DNA of 64,000 bases from the human T2T-CHM13v2.0 reference genome, Homo sapiens (GCF_009914755.1 NC_060932.1), one strand, 5' to 3'. Shown: positions 28,301 through 43,400, counted from the stretch's first letter. Notes: generated by a model not told the origin, from the letters alone. Made by a program: numbers and translations.

Positions 28301-28896
28301 AGAGTGGCAGGCACTCTTGTGAGAATTTGTATGTACTATCTTACTTAGTCATCTTACCATGCCTGTGGGGAAGTATTATTGATGTTACATATGAGAAAAG
28401 GAAGGAAATTGAGCTCACCACCTTACCCGGGGTTCACACAGGTAGAAAGAGGTAGAACCAGGATTCACATGGCCACCATCTGCTTTCAAACACTAGACTC
28501 GGCATTCTTTGACTGTCAGGTCTCTGCAGCAGAGACCTGGCCTTCTACCCCTCGATGTTCCATTCCACTCAGCAATGCTTAGGTAAACATGGACTCACTA
28601 AAAAGTCCAATAAAGCATGTACTCATTTGTACCTTGAGTGACACAGGTATTGCATTTACAAATATATCATATAAAGAATTTCTGATGAAGAAGGGGTGTC
28701 ACAAAGTAGAAAACAGAACTCTCTGAGTTGGCAATAACTATCATTTGGATCAACAAAATCAATATTCCAATTCTTACAGACTATCAGTCTTAGCCTCTCA
28801 AGAACATTTTCTCTTCATTCAAATACAGGAATTTACTCATAGGATTCAGACTGCCAGCTGCAAAATATGTCCCATCTATTGGTGGGCTTATTCTAT

Positions 28897-29440
28897 GTAT
28901 TAGTTTTCTATTGCTGCCATAACAAATTTTTACAAATTTGATGGCTTAAAAAGGCACAAAGGTCTTACAGTTTTGGAGGTCCAAAGTCTGATACGGTCTC
29001 ACCAGACTAAAACCAAGTTAAGCTACATTCCATTCTGGAGGCTCCAAGGGAGAATGCATTTCCTCACTCATTGGGCTGTTGGTGGAATCCAGTTCCTTGC
29101 TGTCATAGGACTGAGGTCCCTGTTTTCTTGCAGGTTGTAAACTGAGAGCCATTCCCAGCTTCCACAGCCCACTCCTTTTTCGGTGAATGGCCTGCTTCCT
29201 CCATTTTCAACACCAGCAATGGCGGGTAATGTTGAGTCCTGCTCACATCTCATCTCCCTAACTCATTCTTTGGCCTTTTTCTGAAGGACCATGTGATTAG
29301 TTGGCCTTTTTTAGAAAAATAGGATAATCTCAAAGGTCTTCATTAAATCACATCCCTTTTGTCATGCAAGATAACATAATCACAGATTTCAGAGATTTCA
29401 TGGATATTTTGGGGAGGGGTACTTTATCCTGTCTACCACA
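28897..29440 (-). mobile_element. MLT1-family (ERVL-MaLR) solo LTR
   Basis: Begins tgtattagttttctattgctgccataacaaat and ends ctgtctaccaca, typical of an antisense MLT1. Confidence 0.8.
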
Positions 29441-29723
29441 TTTTAAAATCATACATGTTAATTCTGAATGTCTTACATATTAATGCCCCTAATATCAAAC
29501 ATATGAAGTCATGAATCAGGATGAACAGGTGTAAACACTCCTCAAAAATCTATATGAACATAACCCAAATTACCATGAGGATGCCAACAATAACCAAAGC
29601 AAGCATCTTTTCTGGTCCTCTAAAATGAAGTTCCTTAACTTCTCAGGTTTTTGATGGATGTTGAAAAGTTGGAGATTCTTTTTCTTTGGGGGAAAAGTTT
29701 ATTTTTAAATAGCTTTTACTTAC

Positions 29724-29769
29724 CTTCCCTAAAAGCTACTGGATCTGAACTGGAGAGTTTCCATCACTC
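29724..29769 (-). other. ST18: ST18 5'-UTR exon (46 nt)
   Basis: Acceptor gcttttcctcag|GAGTGATGG preceded by a long pyrimidine tract; consensus donor GGAAG|gtaagt. Confidence 0.8.
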
Positions 29770-30169
29770 CTGAGGAAAAGCATCGGAGGAGGAAAAATGG
29801 AAAGAAAAACAAAAAGAAAACATAATTAAATGGTATTTATCTACAGCTTATTAACTATATAAAACCATCCTTTCAAGTAATTTCCATGCTGACTATTGGA
29901 ATATGGGTTGAAGTATTACCAATCTTCAATAGTCAAACAATATTCATTTGAAAGAACTCTGTCTTAACAAGAAAAACAGGTGTCTACTGTTATCAGAAAA
30001 TGCTTTTTAGATTCGAACCCTTTTGTTTATAAGTATATTTGAGAACCTTTTCTAGGGACACACCTGAGAGTGAAAGTGAATTATCAATGACAGTCTTTTC
30101 TGAAGAAAAAAAAAAAAAGAATCAGTGGTTTAACACTAATTTCTAATCAGATCCTACAGAAAGGAACAG

Positions 30170-30310
30170 CCCGCACGGCAGCTGTACTTTTCCCAGGGTT
30201 AATTACCTTTCACTGCTCTCTACTAATGAGTCAGCTGTTCCTGTCATTGCACACTACACTGGTTCATCTGGAACTCTAGCTGTGGACAAACACAGGAGTG
30301 ACAGTCCCAT
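30170..30310. promoter_or_regulatory. Candidate intronic enhancer near the 46-nt exon
   Basis: CAGCTG 30179 and 30232, TGAGTCA 30227, CATCTG 30265, and TGACAG/CTGTCA sites. Confidence 0.35.
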
Positions 30311-31122
30311 TTACATACGGGGTGGGGGCATGTTGTGTACAGATTTCAAAAGGATTTTTTTTAAAAAATCCTTTAATTCTCATGTGTTTCCACGCTAAAA
30401 ATATTTTTACAAAGAAGGTTTTACTTGGTCAGCTACTGTTTTTCCTCCCAGGTCCCTGGGTTCACCACTAGTAGATATAAAATACTGCCGAACCCTTGGA
30501 AAGAGGCGAACTTCACCAACTCCACAGAAAGCTTTGTCTCACTGATGCCCTGACGACAGAACAATCACCCTATAGGGTGGAAGGATAGCCTCAAAAGTTT
30601 GCAACTTCTGTCACTGGTAAAAAGACTTCCTGAAAAACTCATACTACAGAAAAATTAGATTCAAGGTAAAAAACAACCTAAGAGAAACAGACCCCCAAAA
30701 TATCTTAGCATTGCTCGTACATGAAAAGTGAATTAGAAAATTGCGAGTTTCACACACAAAAAAAGTTGGACTTGAAAGTTGTGTTTTGACCTAATATGTC
30801 TAGATCATTGTGGGAAATTATATATATGTATGTGTATGTATGCATATATATACAATTTATTACCCAGATAATAGCTCTTTTATCTATATAATGGCTCTGC
30901 TTTCCATCCCATAATGCAGACACAGTGTGCCCTTATATATTTTCCATCCTTCCAACAGAAGTTTAAGCATCTCTTCCCTCCTTTTAATTCCAGAGGTAAC
31001 TGAGACGGATGTCCAAACAGTAAGCATCCACTGAGTTCCACTTTCCTAGCTTCCAGAATGCCTCTGAGTAAAGGATATCCTCTCACTGGTAAGTTCCTGA
31101 CTCTAAATCTTAATATGTTGTA

Positions 31123-31730
31123 ACAGTGGCTCTCAGACATTAATATGCATCAGGACCACCTGGGTGGCTTTTTTTTTTTTTGACGGAGTCTTGCTCTGTC
31201 ACCAGGCTGGAGTGCAGTGGCACGATCTTGGCTCACCACAACCTCCGCCTCCGGGTTCAAGTGATTCTTCTGCCTCAGCCACATGAGTAGCTGGGACTAC
31301 AGGCACAGGCCACCAAGCCCAGTGAATTTTTGTATTTTTAGTAAAAATGGGGTTTCACCATGTTGGCCAGGATGGTCTTGATCTCTTGACCTCGTGATCC
31401 GCCAGCCGCGGCCTCCCAAGGTGCTGGGATTACAGGTGTGAGCTGCAGTGCCCGGCCGGGTGGCTTCTTAAGTGGCACATTCTGGTGCCAAAACTCTGAG
31501 GTTCTCACAAGGGTCCAGGTTCTCCTGCTGCTCCATGGACTGCACTGAACAGCAAAGTGTCAGAGCAGTGGCTCTGGAACATCAGTGACATCAGAATCTC
31601 CTGGAGGTCTTGTGAAAGCCCAGGCTATGCGTTCCGTAGATCTATGGTGGGACCCGAGAATGTGCATTTCTAAGTTCCCAGATGATGTTGGTGCTGATAA
31701 GTTTGTGGACCATACTTGGAAAACTACTGC
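31123..31730. mobile_element. Two adjacent MER5A-like DNA transposon remnants, the first interrupted by an Alu
   Basis: Each starts cagtggctct...catcag(g/a)a...cctgg; the second has gggacccgagaatgtgcatttctaagttcccagatgatg...aactactg. Confidence 0.65.
31169..31457 (-). mobile_element. Alu (AluSc-like)
   Basis: Antisense dimer; TSD gggtggctt. Confidence 0.95.
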
Positions 31731-33499
31731 TTTAGGTATTCACTATTAAATGTGTTGAAGAATCCCAACCCCAAAAGCTAAATATACCCACATAGAGCAG
31801 AAGCACTTCCACTTTATTTTTGAGCTATTTATTTGCTCTGGTTTTAATACTTTATGATAGAAAGGAACAGATAAAAAGTGAATGTTCTGGCCCCTCATTG
31901 AAGTACATTCTCAGAACCACTTTATAGCTTATTGAACTTGATCTTCCCTTCAGATGAAGCCATTCGTGTCAAGAAAGAAACAGCAATTATGTACTTCTTC
32001 ATTCAAGGTGCCATTATCAAATATAAGCTCACAAATTACAAATCTAAGAGTTTGCACAATATTTAAACTTGCCAAAAGCAAATAAAATATGGGAATGAAT
32101 TAATTACAAATTATATCATAAAAACAAATTTAAACGTCAAATAAATATGCAAATTTCCTTGAGACATTCAATATTTTTATCAGCCCTAGTAAATTCTGAC
32201 TTACTTTCCAAATGGTGCAACGTGTTTCTTAAATACAGTGGTATATGAGGTGTTCTTTGTTGATCATTGCTATTTTGAAGAACGTATTATCCTGAAAACT
32301 TCTTGGAGGATGGAAACATTTTAGTCTAATACTAAAAATATATTTGCATTGCTGCTTATGTAAATATCTCTGTGATAAAGCTTTTACAAGGGTATTTTGC
32401 AATACTGTTCACAGGAATACATATTTTAGGAAGAAGGAAATAATAAGATAAATTATAGAATAAAACATCTGCTGAATATCTTTCAGTAAAGAGATGGAGG
32501 GTGCGTCTCTAAACAGCAAGTCATTTACCAAGCAGAAGTTAGGTCTTTAGCAGTGATCTGCTCAGTTCAGGAAGGACTAGTTAGTGTTCTAAACATGAAC
32601 TTATCAACTAGTTCTCCAGTAAAGCTGGGAGAATGTAAGCACATGAGAAAGATTTTAAAAGAATCAGTGCCCCTTCTGAATTCTCACTGCCACCTATTGT
32701 TTTTGCTGTTCCACAGATATTTATTTTAAAAAGCTACTTTAAAATATCAGTCTCATCTAAATACAAGAGGATAATAATATCACAAATAAAAAAATTTGAT
32801 TAATACCAGTGTAACTAACCTTCTTGGTACAGAACACTATTATTTAATTAATTCATTAATTTATGTACTCAAATCTTCATTAAGCACCTATTCTTCTGGA
32901 GAATGTTTATATAAATCAGTGGAGTCCTCCGTGAGTGGAGAGGGGTGTATGGTGAATGCCACTCCAATAGTGAATCTATTTCTGTTGCATAAATCAAAGA
33001 GGTAATAAAATAAAAATCTCCCTGAAGATGTGGAGGCCAAATTTATTTCTCGGTAACATGGGAGAACAATCTGATGAGCTTGACAAAAACTCCACCCTAG
33101 GAGTACAAACACCAGGGTGTGTAGTTTGAGTGAAGAAGAATTCCTAATCCTACAGATCTAGGATGGACATACACTCTGTTGTCATGGTGTAAGCCTGGCT
33201 GTGAAAGTCAAGATCCTAATTGATCCCTCTCTCCTTGGATGGCTTTCAAGAGTTACAGTGATTCAGACTAAGTAAGCGTCTCTGGTTATTTGAACATCTG
33301 ATTGATAGTTGTCTCCCACGACCAATGAGAGGTCCGTACAGTTTATATCAGGCGTTTCGTCCAATGCTTATCCAATTTAAGTCTATTATTTTCATTGGCT
33401 TTCACCAGCCAATTGGCTTCTCTCTAGATAACAGTGTCTCATTAGCTGTGGCAAATTACTGAGGGAATCTGACTTTTTTGGTTTCTTTTTAAAGTAAAT

Positions 33500-33660
33500 T
33501 AAATTTAATCGAATTTGTTATTGGATATTGACACATTATAACTATATATTTATGGAATACAAAGTGATGTGTGTATACAATATTGAATCAAGCTAATTTG
33601 TACATCCATCACCTCAAATATTTATCATCGATTCCTCTTGCCTAACTGAAACATTGCACT
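33500..33660 (-). mobile_element. Old L1M 3' fragment
   Basis: tatatatttatggaatacaaagtgatg...catccatcacctcaaata resembles an antisense L1MA/MB 3' UTR; it may extend to ~33720. Confidence 0.55.
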
Positions 33661-33899
33661 TTGACTAACATCTCCCCAGTCCCCACAACCCCAGCCTCTG
33701 GTAACCACCATTCTGTTCTGACTCTATGTCCAATCCTTCTTGGTTTTCTGTCCAAGGTAACAGATTATGTATTTTTTGGCTATGTTAACTTTTTTCCAAA
33801 AAAAGCATGTGCAGGCATTTCCAAAAAATGCCTTAGAAGAACTACAGAATCCCAGCCTTTAAAGATCTAATTTATACCAGGTGCTTTCAAAGTGAATGA

Positions 33900-34885
<986 letters not shown>

Positions 34886-36010
34886 AATGCTCCTTAAAGG
34901 AAATTCTTGCCTCGTGGTAAGCTAGATGAACTAGAGTTCATCTCCTGAACTCCTCCTGCCCCACACCTGGTCTCCGAGTTCCCACAGGAAACCACGCCTG
35001 CTCCTATGGTAGCCCCTGGCCCACTGAGGAGTCCTAGTTCAGAGCTCACGGTCAGCTCCAGACTGGAAGCACCTACAGGAAGGGCAAGGGTGCTCTTCTC
35101 TCTGCTTCTCTTTCATAAGCAAGGTGCTCTTGAGGGCATGGCATCTTCACATGGGAACCAGCTGACTAATTGTTATATTAACGAAAAAGGGAACTATGAT
35201 GATGCCCCTGACCCTGTGATTTGAATTTTAGGAGAACAATGGACCAAATATTTAGAGATAAAACAGTAAATATCCACAGCCTGTAGCAAAAAGTGATGCT
35301 GGTGAAAACATGCAGTTCAGATTCATTTGTAAGACTCATACATGTGAAGCTTAAAACAGGTAATATCTGAAAACTAGTGAAGTAGGAAATAATCTTATGA
35401 ACAGTTTACTCATAAGTTGAGATTAGTTTTACAAATTAAGAAAATACAAATGGGTAAAAAGCCTGTGTAGCATTACTATATCTTTGACACATGCACAACT
35501 GTCAACTTTGGTGCAGGGGGAGGGGATATTAACATTGAAGGACCGCCACTGCCAGATCAATCATATGCTACAATTAGAGGAATGACTGGCATATTAAAAA
35601 TGTCAAAAGAAAATACTAAACTAAACTGGGTAGTTCTGAAAATACCAGGAAATAAATAAAAAGATAATAGAAGAAATAAAATATTATTTATCATGACAAT
35701 CTACATGAATATGCTAAGCAACATACTGATCTTGGATTAAATAGTGGCAGTGGTGGGAAGTAGAAAATAGCAGATGATGCTTTAAAATGGTCTAAAGGAG
35801 GCAACAGGTAAGCATGAATCAGAGGAGGCTTCCAGCAATTGCTGCAGTCTCTGTACATTGACACTGATGAAGGCATCGGACTAGACATTGCATAGTTACA
35901 GCATTTAAATCTCACCACAATCTAAGGAAGTTCACATTATTATTCCCAACTTAAGGTGAGCAAACTTAAGTCACTCTTTCAGTACAAGCTAGTATTCAGA
36001 ACTATATCTG

Positions 36011-36312
36011 AACTGAACACGGTGGCTGACTCCTGTAATCCTAGCACTTTGGGAGGCCAAAGCGGGTGGATCACTTGAGTTCAGGAGTTCAAGACCAACC
36101 TAGCCAACATGGTGAAACCCTGTCTCTACTAAAAATACAAAAATTAGCTGGGCATGGTGGCGGGTGCCTGTAATCCCAGCTACTTGGGGAGGCTGAGGCA
36201 GGAGAATCCCTTGAACCCAGGAGGCGGAGGTTGCAGTGAGCCAAGATGGTGCCACTGCACTCCAGCCTGGGCAACAAGAGCAAAATTCCACCTCAAAAAA
36301 AAAAAAAAAAAA
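36011..36312 (+). mobile_element. Alu (AluSq-like)
   Basis: Dimer; TSD aactatatctga. Confidence 0.95.
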
Positions 36313-37504
36313 ACTATATCTGATGCCAACATTCCTTCTGCTGTGTAGCTCTAGCTAAGATGGCATCTTTCTTTGAGAAAAATCATAGAAAGATCCACAA
36401 TGATAGCGTGGTCTCTTAGGGAATGGGAGCTTTTGTGCTGAATTAGACAGGAGATAGACTGGATAGACCATTGGAACACCAGTCATAAGAGCTAAGATAA
36501 TGGGAACACTGAAATAAGGTAAAAATCATAAAACTGGTATGTTGGGGAGGACAGCAATAAATGACCTGGGAAATACTTTATGGATGATTGGAGACTGTGA
36601 GCACTGTCTAATTCAGCAGAGTTAGAATGGTGACACACTCTGTCTCTCAAGTAACACCAACCTACGTTTGAATCCTAACTCTGCTCTTCTGTGATCTCAG
36701 AACTGCAGTTACCTCCCTCACCTTCAGGTTCCTCATCTGTTAAAAGGGATATAACAGATCCTCCCTCTAGAGCTCCAAGGATCACATGAGATGCCATGGA
36801 TAAAAGGCATAGTACATAGTAGACATTCAGTAAAATGCCATAATCCAAAAAGAGATCAGTCCCTAGACAAAGCCCAGAGGTATGTGGTCCACAATGAATG
36901 CCCCAGTGTGGGCGTGGTGAGGACTTGTGTTAATGAGAGTAATTAAATCTCTGAGGATTTAGCAGCTCATTTTCTTCAAGAGAACATGGAGTTAGTAGGA
37001 TAATTTGTTAAGCATTCATTAAAAAATATTCTTTTTTATTATTCTATTATTTCTTCACACTAGATACTATTATAAATGCTTTATGTATATTAACTCAATC
37101 TGCATAACAAATATATGAATCAGGAACTATTAATTATTTCCATCTTTCAAGTGAGGAGATTGAAATGCAGAGCACCTCAGTGCTTGCCTGGGGTCACACA
37201 GCTCCTGAGGAGTAGCACTGGGATTGGACTCTTGCACTAAAGCCCATTTGTTCAATTAAAACAATCTATCATCATCACAAGATGGGTGATGGAGATGAAA
37301 GGGTGGATAACACAGATATTATATTTCAGTGTGGGAGCCAAACTCAAAAACAAGGAAATAATAAATATGCAATGCAGTTGAAAGCAGTGATAAATGCAAT
37401 GGGACAATAATGTAGGCTAGAGGATGGGCTATTTTAGATTGAGGCAGGAATGACCTTTGCTGATTGAAGAAAGGATGCAAAACCATATGCCATAGTGTAA
37501 ACAG

Positions 37505-39062
37505 TTAAAGCCCTTGTATCTAGAATAAATAAAACACAATTACAGCTCAATAATAAAAAGACAACCCAATCAAAAGTGGGCAAAGGACTTGAATACACAT
37601 TTCTACAAAGAAGTTATACAAATGAGCAATAAGCACATGAGAAGATGTTCAACATCATTAGTCATTAGGGAAATGCAAGTTAAAATCACAATGAGATGCC
37701 ACTGTGAACCCATTAAGATGGCTAAAATAAAAAAGACTGACAATAGCAAGTGTCGATGAGGATGTGAAGAAATCCAACCTTCACATGTTGCTAGTAGAAA
37801 TGTAAAATGTTCAGCAACATTGAAAAATAGCTGGCAATTTCTCAAATGGTTAAACATAGAGTTTCTATATAATCCAACAATTTGACTTCTAGGTACATAC
37901 CCAAGAAGAATGAAAACATGCGTCTACTTGAGAAATTGTACACAAATATTCGTAACAGCATTACTCACAGTAGCCAAAAATTGGAAACAACCCAAATGTC
38001 TATCAACCAATCAAAGGAAAAAAAAGGTAGTATATCCAATCTGTGGAATATTATTCAGCCATAAAAAGGAATGAAGTATTAAATTAGTGCAACCTCTATA
38101 GAAAACAGTAAAGACATTTCTCAAAGAACTAAAAACAGAACTACCATTCAATCCAGGAATACCACCACTGGTATCTACCCAAAGGAAAAAATTATTACAC
38201 CAAAAAGATACCTGCACATGTATGTTTTTTGTAGCACATTAGTCACAATAGCAAAGACATGAAATCCACCTAATTGTCCATCAACGGATTACTGGATGAA
38301 GAAAATGTGGTATACACACACATGTGCACATACATATATACAACATGGAATACTACTCAACCATAGAAAAGAATGAAACCATCTCCTCTGTAGCAAGATG
38401 AATGGAACTAGATGCCATTATCTTAAGGGAAATAAGTTGGAAACAGAAAGTCAAATACCACATGTTCTCACTAATAAATGGGAATGATGTATGCACATGG
38501 ACATGGAAAGTTTAATAATAGACATGGGAGACTCGGAAGGGTGGGGGGTGGGAGGAGGGTGAGGGATGAGAAATTACTTAATGGGTATAAGATACCCTAT
38601 TTGGATGATGGTGACACTAAAAACTCAGACTTCACCACTGTGCAATATATCCATGTAACAAAACTGCACTTGTACCCCCTATATCTATACCAATAAAAGG
38701 AATGAAGTACTTATGTATGCCGAAACATGGATGAGCCTTGAAAATATGCTAAGTGAAAGAAGCCAGGCAAAAAAGATCACATATTATGTAACTCTATTTA
38801 TATGAAATGCCCAGAATAAGCAAATCTATAGAGACATAAAGTAGATGAGTTGTTGCCCAGGGTTAGGAGGAAGATGGTGCATCTTCCCTTTGGAAGGTGA
38901 TAGAGAAGGGGTGCAGAGTTTCTTTTTTGTGAAATAAAAAATGTTCTAAAGTTGACCATGGTGATGAATGCAAAACTCTGAATATACTAAAAACCATTAA
39001 ACTGTACACTTGAAATGGGCAAATTGTATGGTATGTGAATTATATCTCAAGAAAGCTGTTAA
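37505..39062 (+). mobile_element. Old L1M(B/C) 3' end with a nested younger L1 (L1MA/PB-like) at ~38080-38698
   Basis: The ORF2 3' remnant appears twice; duplicated flank aaaggaatgaagta at ~38065 and ~38696. Confidence 0.85.
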
Positions 39063-39444
39063 GAAAACAGGTGAAACCATACAGATCACAGTAAGGTGCC
39101 TGCATGCTGTTTTAAGAATGATAGGCTGCTCTTGGACAGCTTTGAGTGCTGGCATCACACAGGGAAATCAGTTTTTGGACCATGGCAGTCAATTGGGTAT
39201 GAGAAGATGAGCCTAGATAAGGTGGAGGTGGTAAAGGTGAAGAGAATGCAAGCAGTTGAAGTTCTAACCCCATTATAAAAAAGAAAAATACCAAAAAAAC
39301 AAAAAGCCACACCAGAAATTAAGAACAGACATGTATCAGCTGCTTGCTATGATCCAAACGCATGACTTTTAACTCCCCAACGTGTGGTCTCTATTAGAGA
39401 AGCCAAAGTCTTCCCTCTCTCACGCCTCCTATTCTTTCTTATAG

Positions 39445-39789
<345 letters not shown>

Positions 39790-40399
39790 TAGCCTTTCTA
39801 ATTGCATAAATTGTTTAAGACTGTTTCAAATCCAAGAGAAAAATTGCTAGCTTTTCTGGTTCTCATTAGTCTTTTAGTTTTCTGAGTTTCTATGCCAACA
39901 TCAATTATATATAATTGATGTATGATAATATAAAATTTGTGTTAGAATATCTTTTTAATTATACCATGTAAATATAATAATTAATAAAAACTAACATGTT
40001 AAAGGAACTTGCAGTTTAAAACCATTTCACACTGAGTCTATGGAATTTTGCTACCTTATTATACAGAAAATTTTGAGACTATTAATTCTGAATAGTCTTA
40101 ACATCTCATCCGTAGGCTTATAAAGGTGTCTCAATCTGCGTGCTTTCCTTCTTTCTTCTGGTTTAACAGGAAGAAAGAGATCCTCTCCTTTCTAAGGATG
40201 GGTTCTCCACTGGGCTCACTTTACATTTGTTTCCTATTTCATCTACTTTTTCTTTCTTCCATATCTTAAAACTTTTCTGTCTTCTTATCTCTCCTGGTTC
40301 TTTCTCCTCAGCATAGAAACACATTTCTTCTTTATATATTACTATCTCTGTTTTTCAGGGTCAAACTTCTTAATATTCCCAGAGATTTCCTTTCTTTTC

Positions 40400-40960
40400 T
40401 TACCTTGCTTTCACTACACAACTCATGGCCTGCTATCTGGCACATCTAATGGTGCAGGATTTTCAGAGCAACTCACATGATTGCTCAGTCTTTTCCTGAA
40501 GAAGCTGCTTATGTCTCTGGTTTATGTCTCACTCTATATATTCTCCTTGGAAACCACACCCAAAGGTGTATTTCTTCATCCCAGGTCTCACTCCTGAATT
40601 TCAGATCCACTGATCAGCTGTACACTCAACATCACCACCCGGTTGTCTCTCATTCAATATGTACAAGAAAGGACCCATTATTTTTTCCTCTAAACAACCT
40701 CTTCCTTCTGAATCTCCTATCTTGGCTAACCAGTCATCTGGTAATCCAAACCAGAAGCCTGTCATTTATGACTCTTTACCAGTTTTCAAATGTATGTCCT
40801 GGGCTTGCCTCTCGCATAGGTCCTACTGTACTGTGATTGTCATTTGCTCCTGTCACCTGCATTGGAATAAGCTCCTTGTGTACTTATGTCTGCATCCTCA
40901 CTTCTTGATTCAGTTGCTGGAACCTGGTCAATGCTCAATATGTTTGTTGAATGGATGGAT
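40400..40960 (+). mobile_element. LINE-2 fragments
   Basis: Pyrimidine-rich L2-like sequence ending atgctcaatatgtttgttgaatggatgga. Confidence 0.5.
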
Positions 40961-42239
40961 TCAAGACTCCTTAAATGCCTCTTCTATAAAATCTTCCCTG
41001 ATGTTTCCTCTAAACAAAGGTGGTCATTCTATTCTTTAAGCCAGAACTTTATTTTTTAGAGGAAAAATAGAATTGGCTATGCCTGGTGAGATGCTCTGGC
41101 CCCACATACATTAAGAAGGCTGAGTAGTATAGTGAAACTGCATGTGGCCACAGCCTATTCTGTCTTTGTAGAGGGTGCTGTGCAAACCTGCCCTAGCATG
41201 TGAACAACAACCCAGACAAGGTTGGCAGCTTTGCCTACATATCACTTTCTTCTACTGTGGCTCATAAAGTTGTTAGGGGCAGATGGTGTGGCTAATATTC
41301 ATTGTCTATACTTCTGATACTTTTAGGCTTGTAAATATTTCTTAGTCAACTGATTGCACAGAACCTAAATAACTTGCTCACAATGTTCTAGCTCTGATAG
41401 TTACGTTTTTGACTTCACTGTCTTAAAAACTTTAGTACATGAAAAATACAAAATCATTTTAAATCATATTCAGCTGAAATAAAATATTTTAATCTCTTGT
41501 GAACATGATGTGGCATCTACCTAGGAGGAGCTATAATAATGTAATTGAAACTCTTCCTTCCTTTTTTTTTTCCATTAGAGGCACAAAACTGGGGAAATTC
41601 TTCATTTCTACATGCTTTCTTTTACATAGACAAACATGTATACATTTCTCAATATGTTAAAGTTTCTCTGCTAGGTACTGAGGAGAATAAAATGATTTTA
41701 AATACAGTTTCTCTTCTAAGTGATTTTTGTCAACCCTCAATAACTTGACTCTTTTTATTTATTAGTACACTTTCAACATGGCATTTTCAAAAGAATAAAA
41801 AATGCTTGCAGATTAATCTATAATAATTTGAGGAAACTATACAAGCATTATAACAGTAACTGCCTAATGAAGATCTAAAATACAAAATAAATATTACAGT
41901 GTGTCTAAACATATTAGCAACCTGTAATCTATCTTTTCAAATATATTTTAAAGCAACTGAGCCTTCTTTCAAGTGCAATCTTAGTGACAAGCCCATAGAG
42001 TAAAAGCACAGAGGCAGACTGTTGGGTGGCTGCACACCCCCTCTGGGGGCTATGGTGCCTGAGGTTGAATCCAGGCTCTGACCAAGCAGCCCCGGCGCAT
42101 CACAGGCAAATGGCATGGCTCTCCATGGTGCAGTTTTCTCCATGATAAACAGGGAATGCTAGCTGACCTTACCTTATAGACTGTCGCCTTGGTGACATTG
42201 TGAGAATGAAAAGAATTAATAGATATAAAGTACTTAGGT

Positions 42240-42568
42240 AGCCAGGCACTGTGGCCCATGCCTGTAATCCCAGCAGTTTGGGAAGCCGAGGCAGATTGAT
42301 CACTTGAGGTCAGGAGTTCAAGACCAGCCTGCCTGGCCAACATGGCGAAAACCCATGGTTTAGTAGAGGTTTAGTAGAAACCTCTACTAAAAATACAAAA
42401 ATTAGCTGGGGGTGGTGGCAGGCACCTGTAATCCTAGCTACTTGGGAGGGAGACTGAGGCAGAAGATTCACTTGAACCCTGGAGGCAGACGTTGCAGTGA
42501 GCCAAGATCATGCCATTGCACTCCAGCCAGGGTGACAAGAGTGAGACTCTGCCTCAAAAAAAAAAAAA
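42240..42568 (+). mobile_element. Alu (AluS-like) with an internal inverted insertion, set within a MIR
   Basis: Dimer; TSD-like gtacttag; anomalous sequence at 42355-42380. Confidence 0.95.
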
Positions 42569-43199
42569 TGTACTTAGAAGAGTGGTTGGCTCTATGTCAG
42601 TGCTTTTATTATTCTTATTATTGGACAAAAATGTTTTCTGCTTGAGTCTAAAATACTCAGAGGAAGAATTCAATTACCTTATGTTTCTATGTATCTATGT
42701 TTATGCTCACAGAGCTAAGATTTCTAGCTATTTGGCCAAATGTTGAACCTTCGATCTAATATGTAGCATCAGAGCTGAAGCTCCTGTGATTCTCAGAACA
42801 GTCTACTTCTGATATCAAGGTTAATTGGTGTGCTAAATATACATGTCTTACAGAGGTATAATGAGTGCTTCTCCAGTCTTTGAATTATTTTTCAAATTCA
42901 TAGGATGTTTTAATTTTAAAAAGTTCATGGAGTTATAGAATTTGGGGGATGAAAATGTCTCCAGGGGTCCCCTAGCATGATCCTTAATGTGACAGATGCT
43001 ATTAATAAGAAAAATAAAACAACTTGTCAAGTCACTTCATCAGGATCTTTCAACTACTTAATGATATTTAACTATGACTGGAACCCAGGAGTACTTGGGA
43101 CTCAGTGTCATTTGACACTATATTGCTGACACAGGTTTTTCCTCTCTATTCTGTTCCCAGAGACCTATATCTTAAGGAGAGATTAAGGGAAAGGGTTTG

Positions 43200-43400
43200 G
43201 GGAGCAGTCAGATTTGGGCTCAATCTGGGTTCAAGGCTGGTGACATAAGGAAGGGCATCTTCACATCTCTAGTCAGTGGCTTCATTTGTAAAAATAGGAT
43301 ACAAATGGAATTATTATGAGCATTAAATTATATAATGCATGTAAAGAACTTGACACCATGCCTGGCACAGTGTAAGCACTTCGCAAATGTTAAGGACCAT
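43200..43400. mobile_element. MIR
   Basis: cttcatttgtaaaaatagg...atgcatgtaaagaacttgacaccatgcctggcacagtgtaagcact. Confidence 0.6.
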
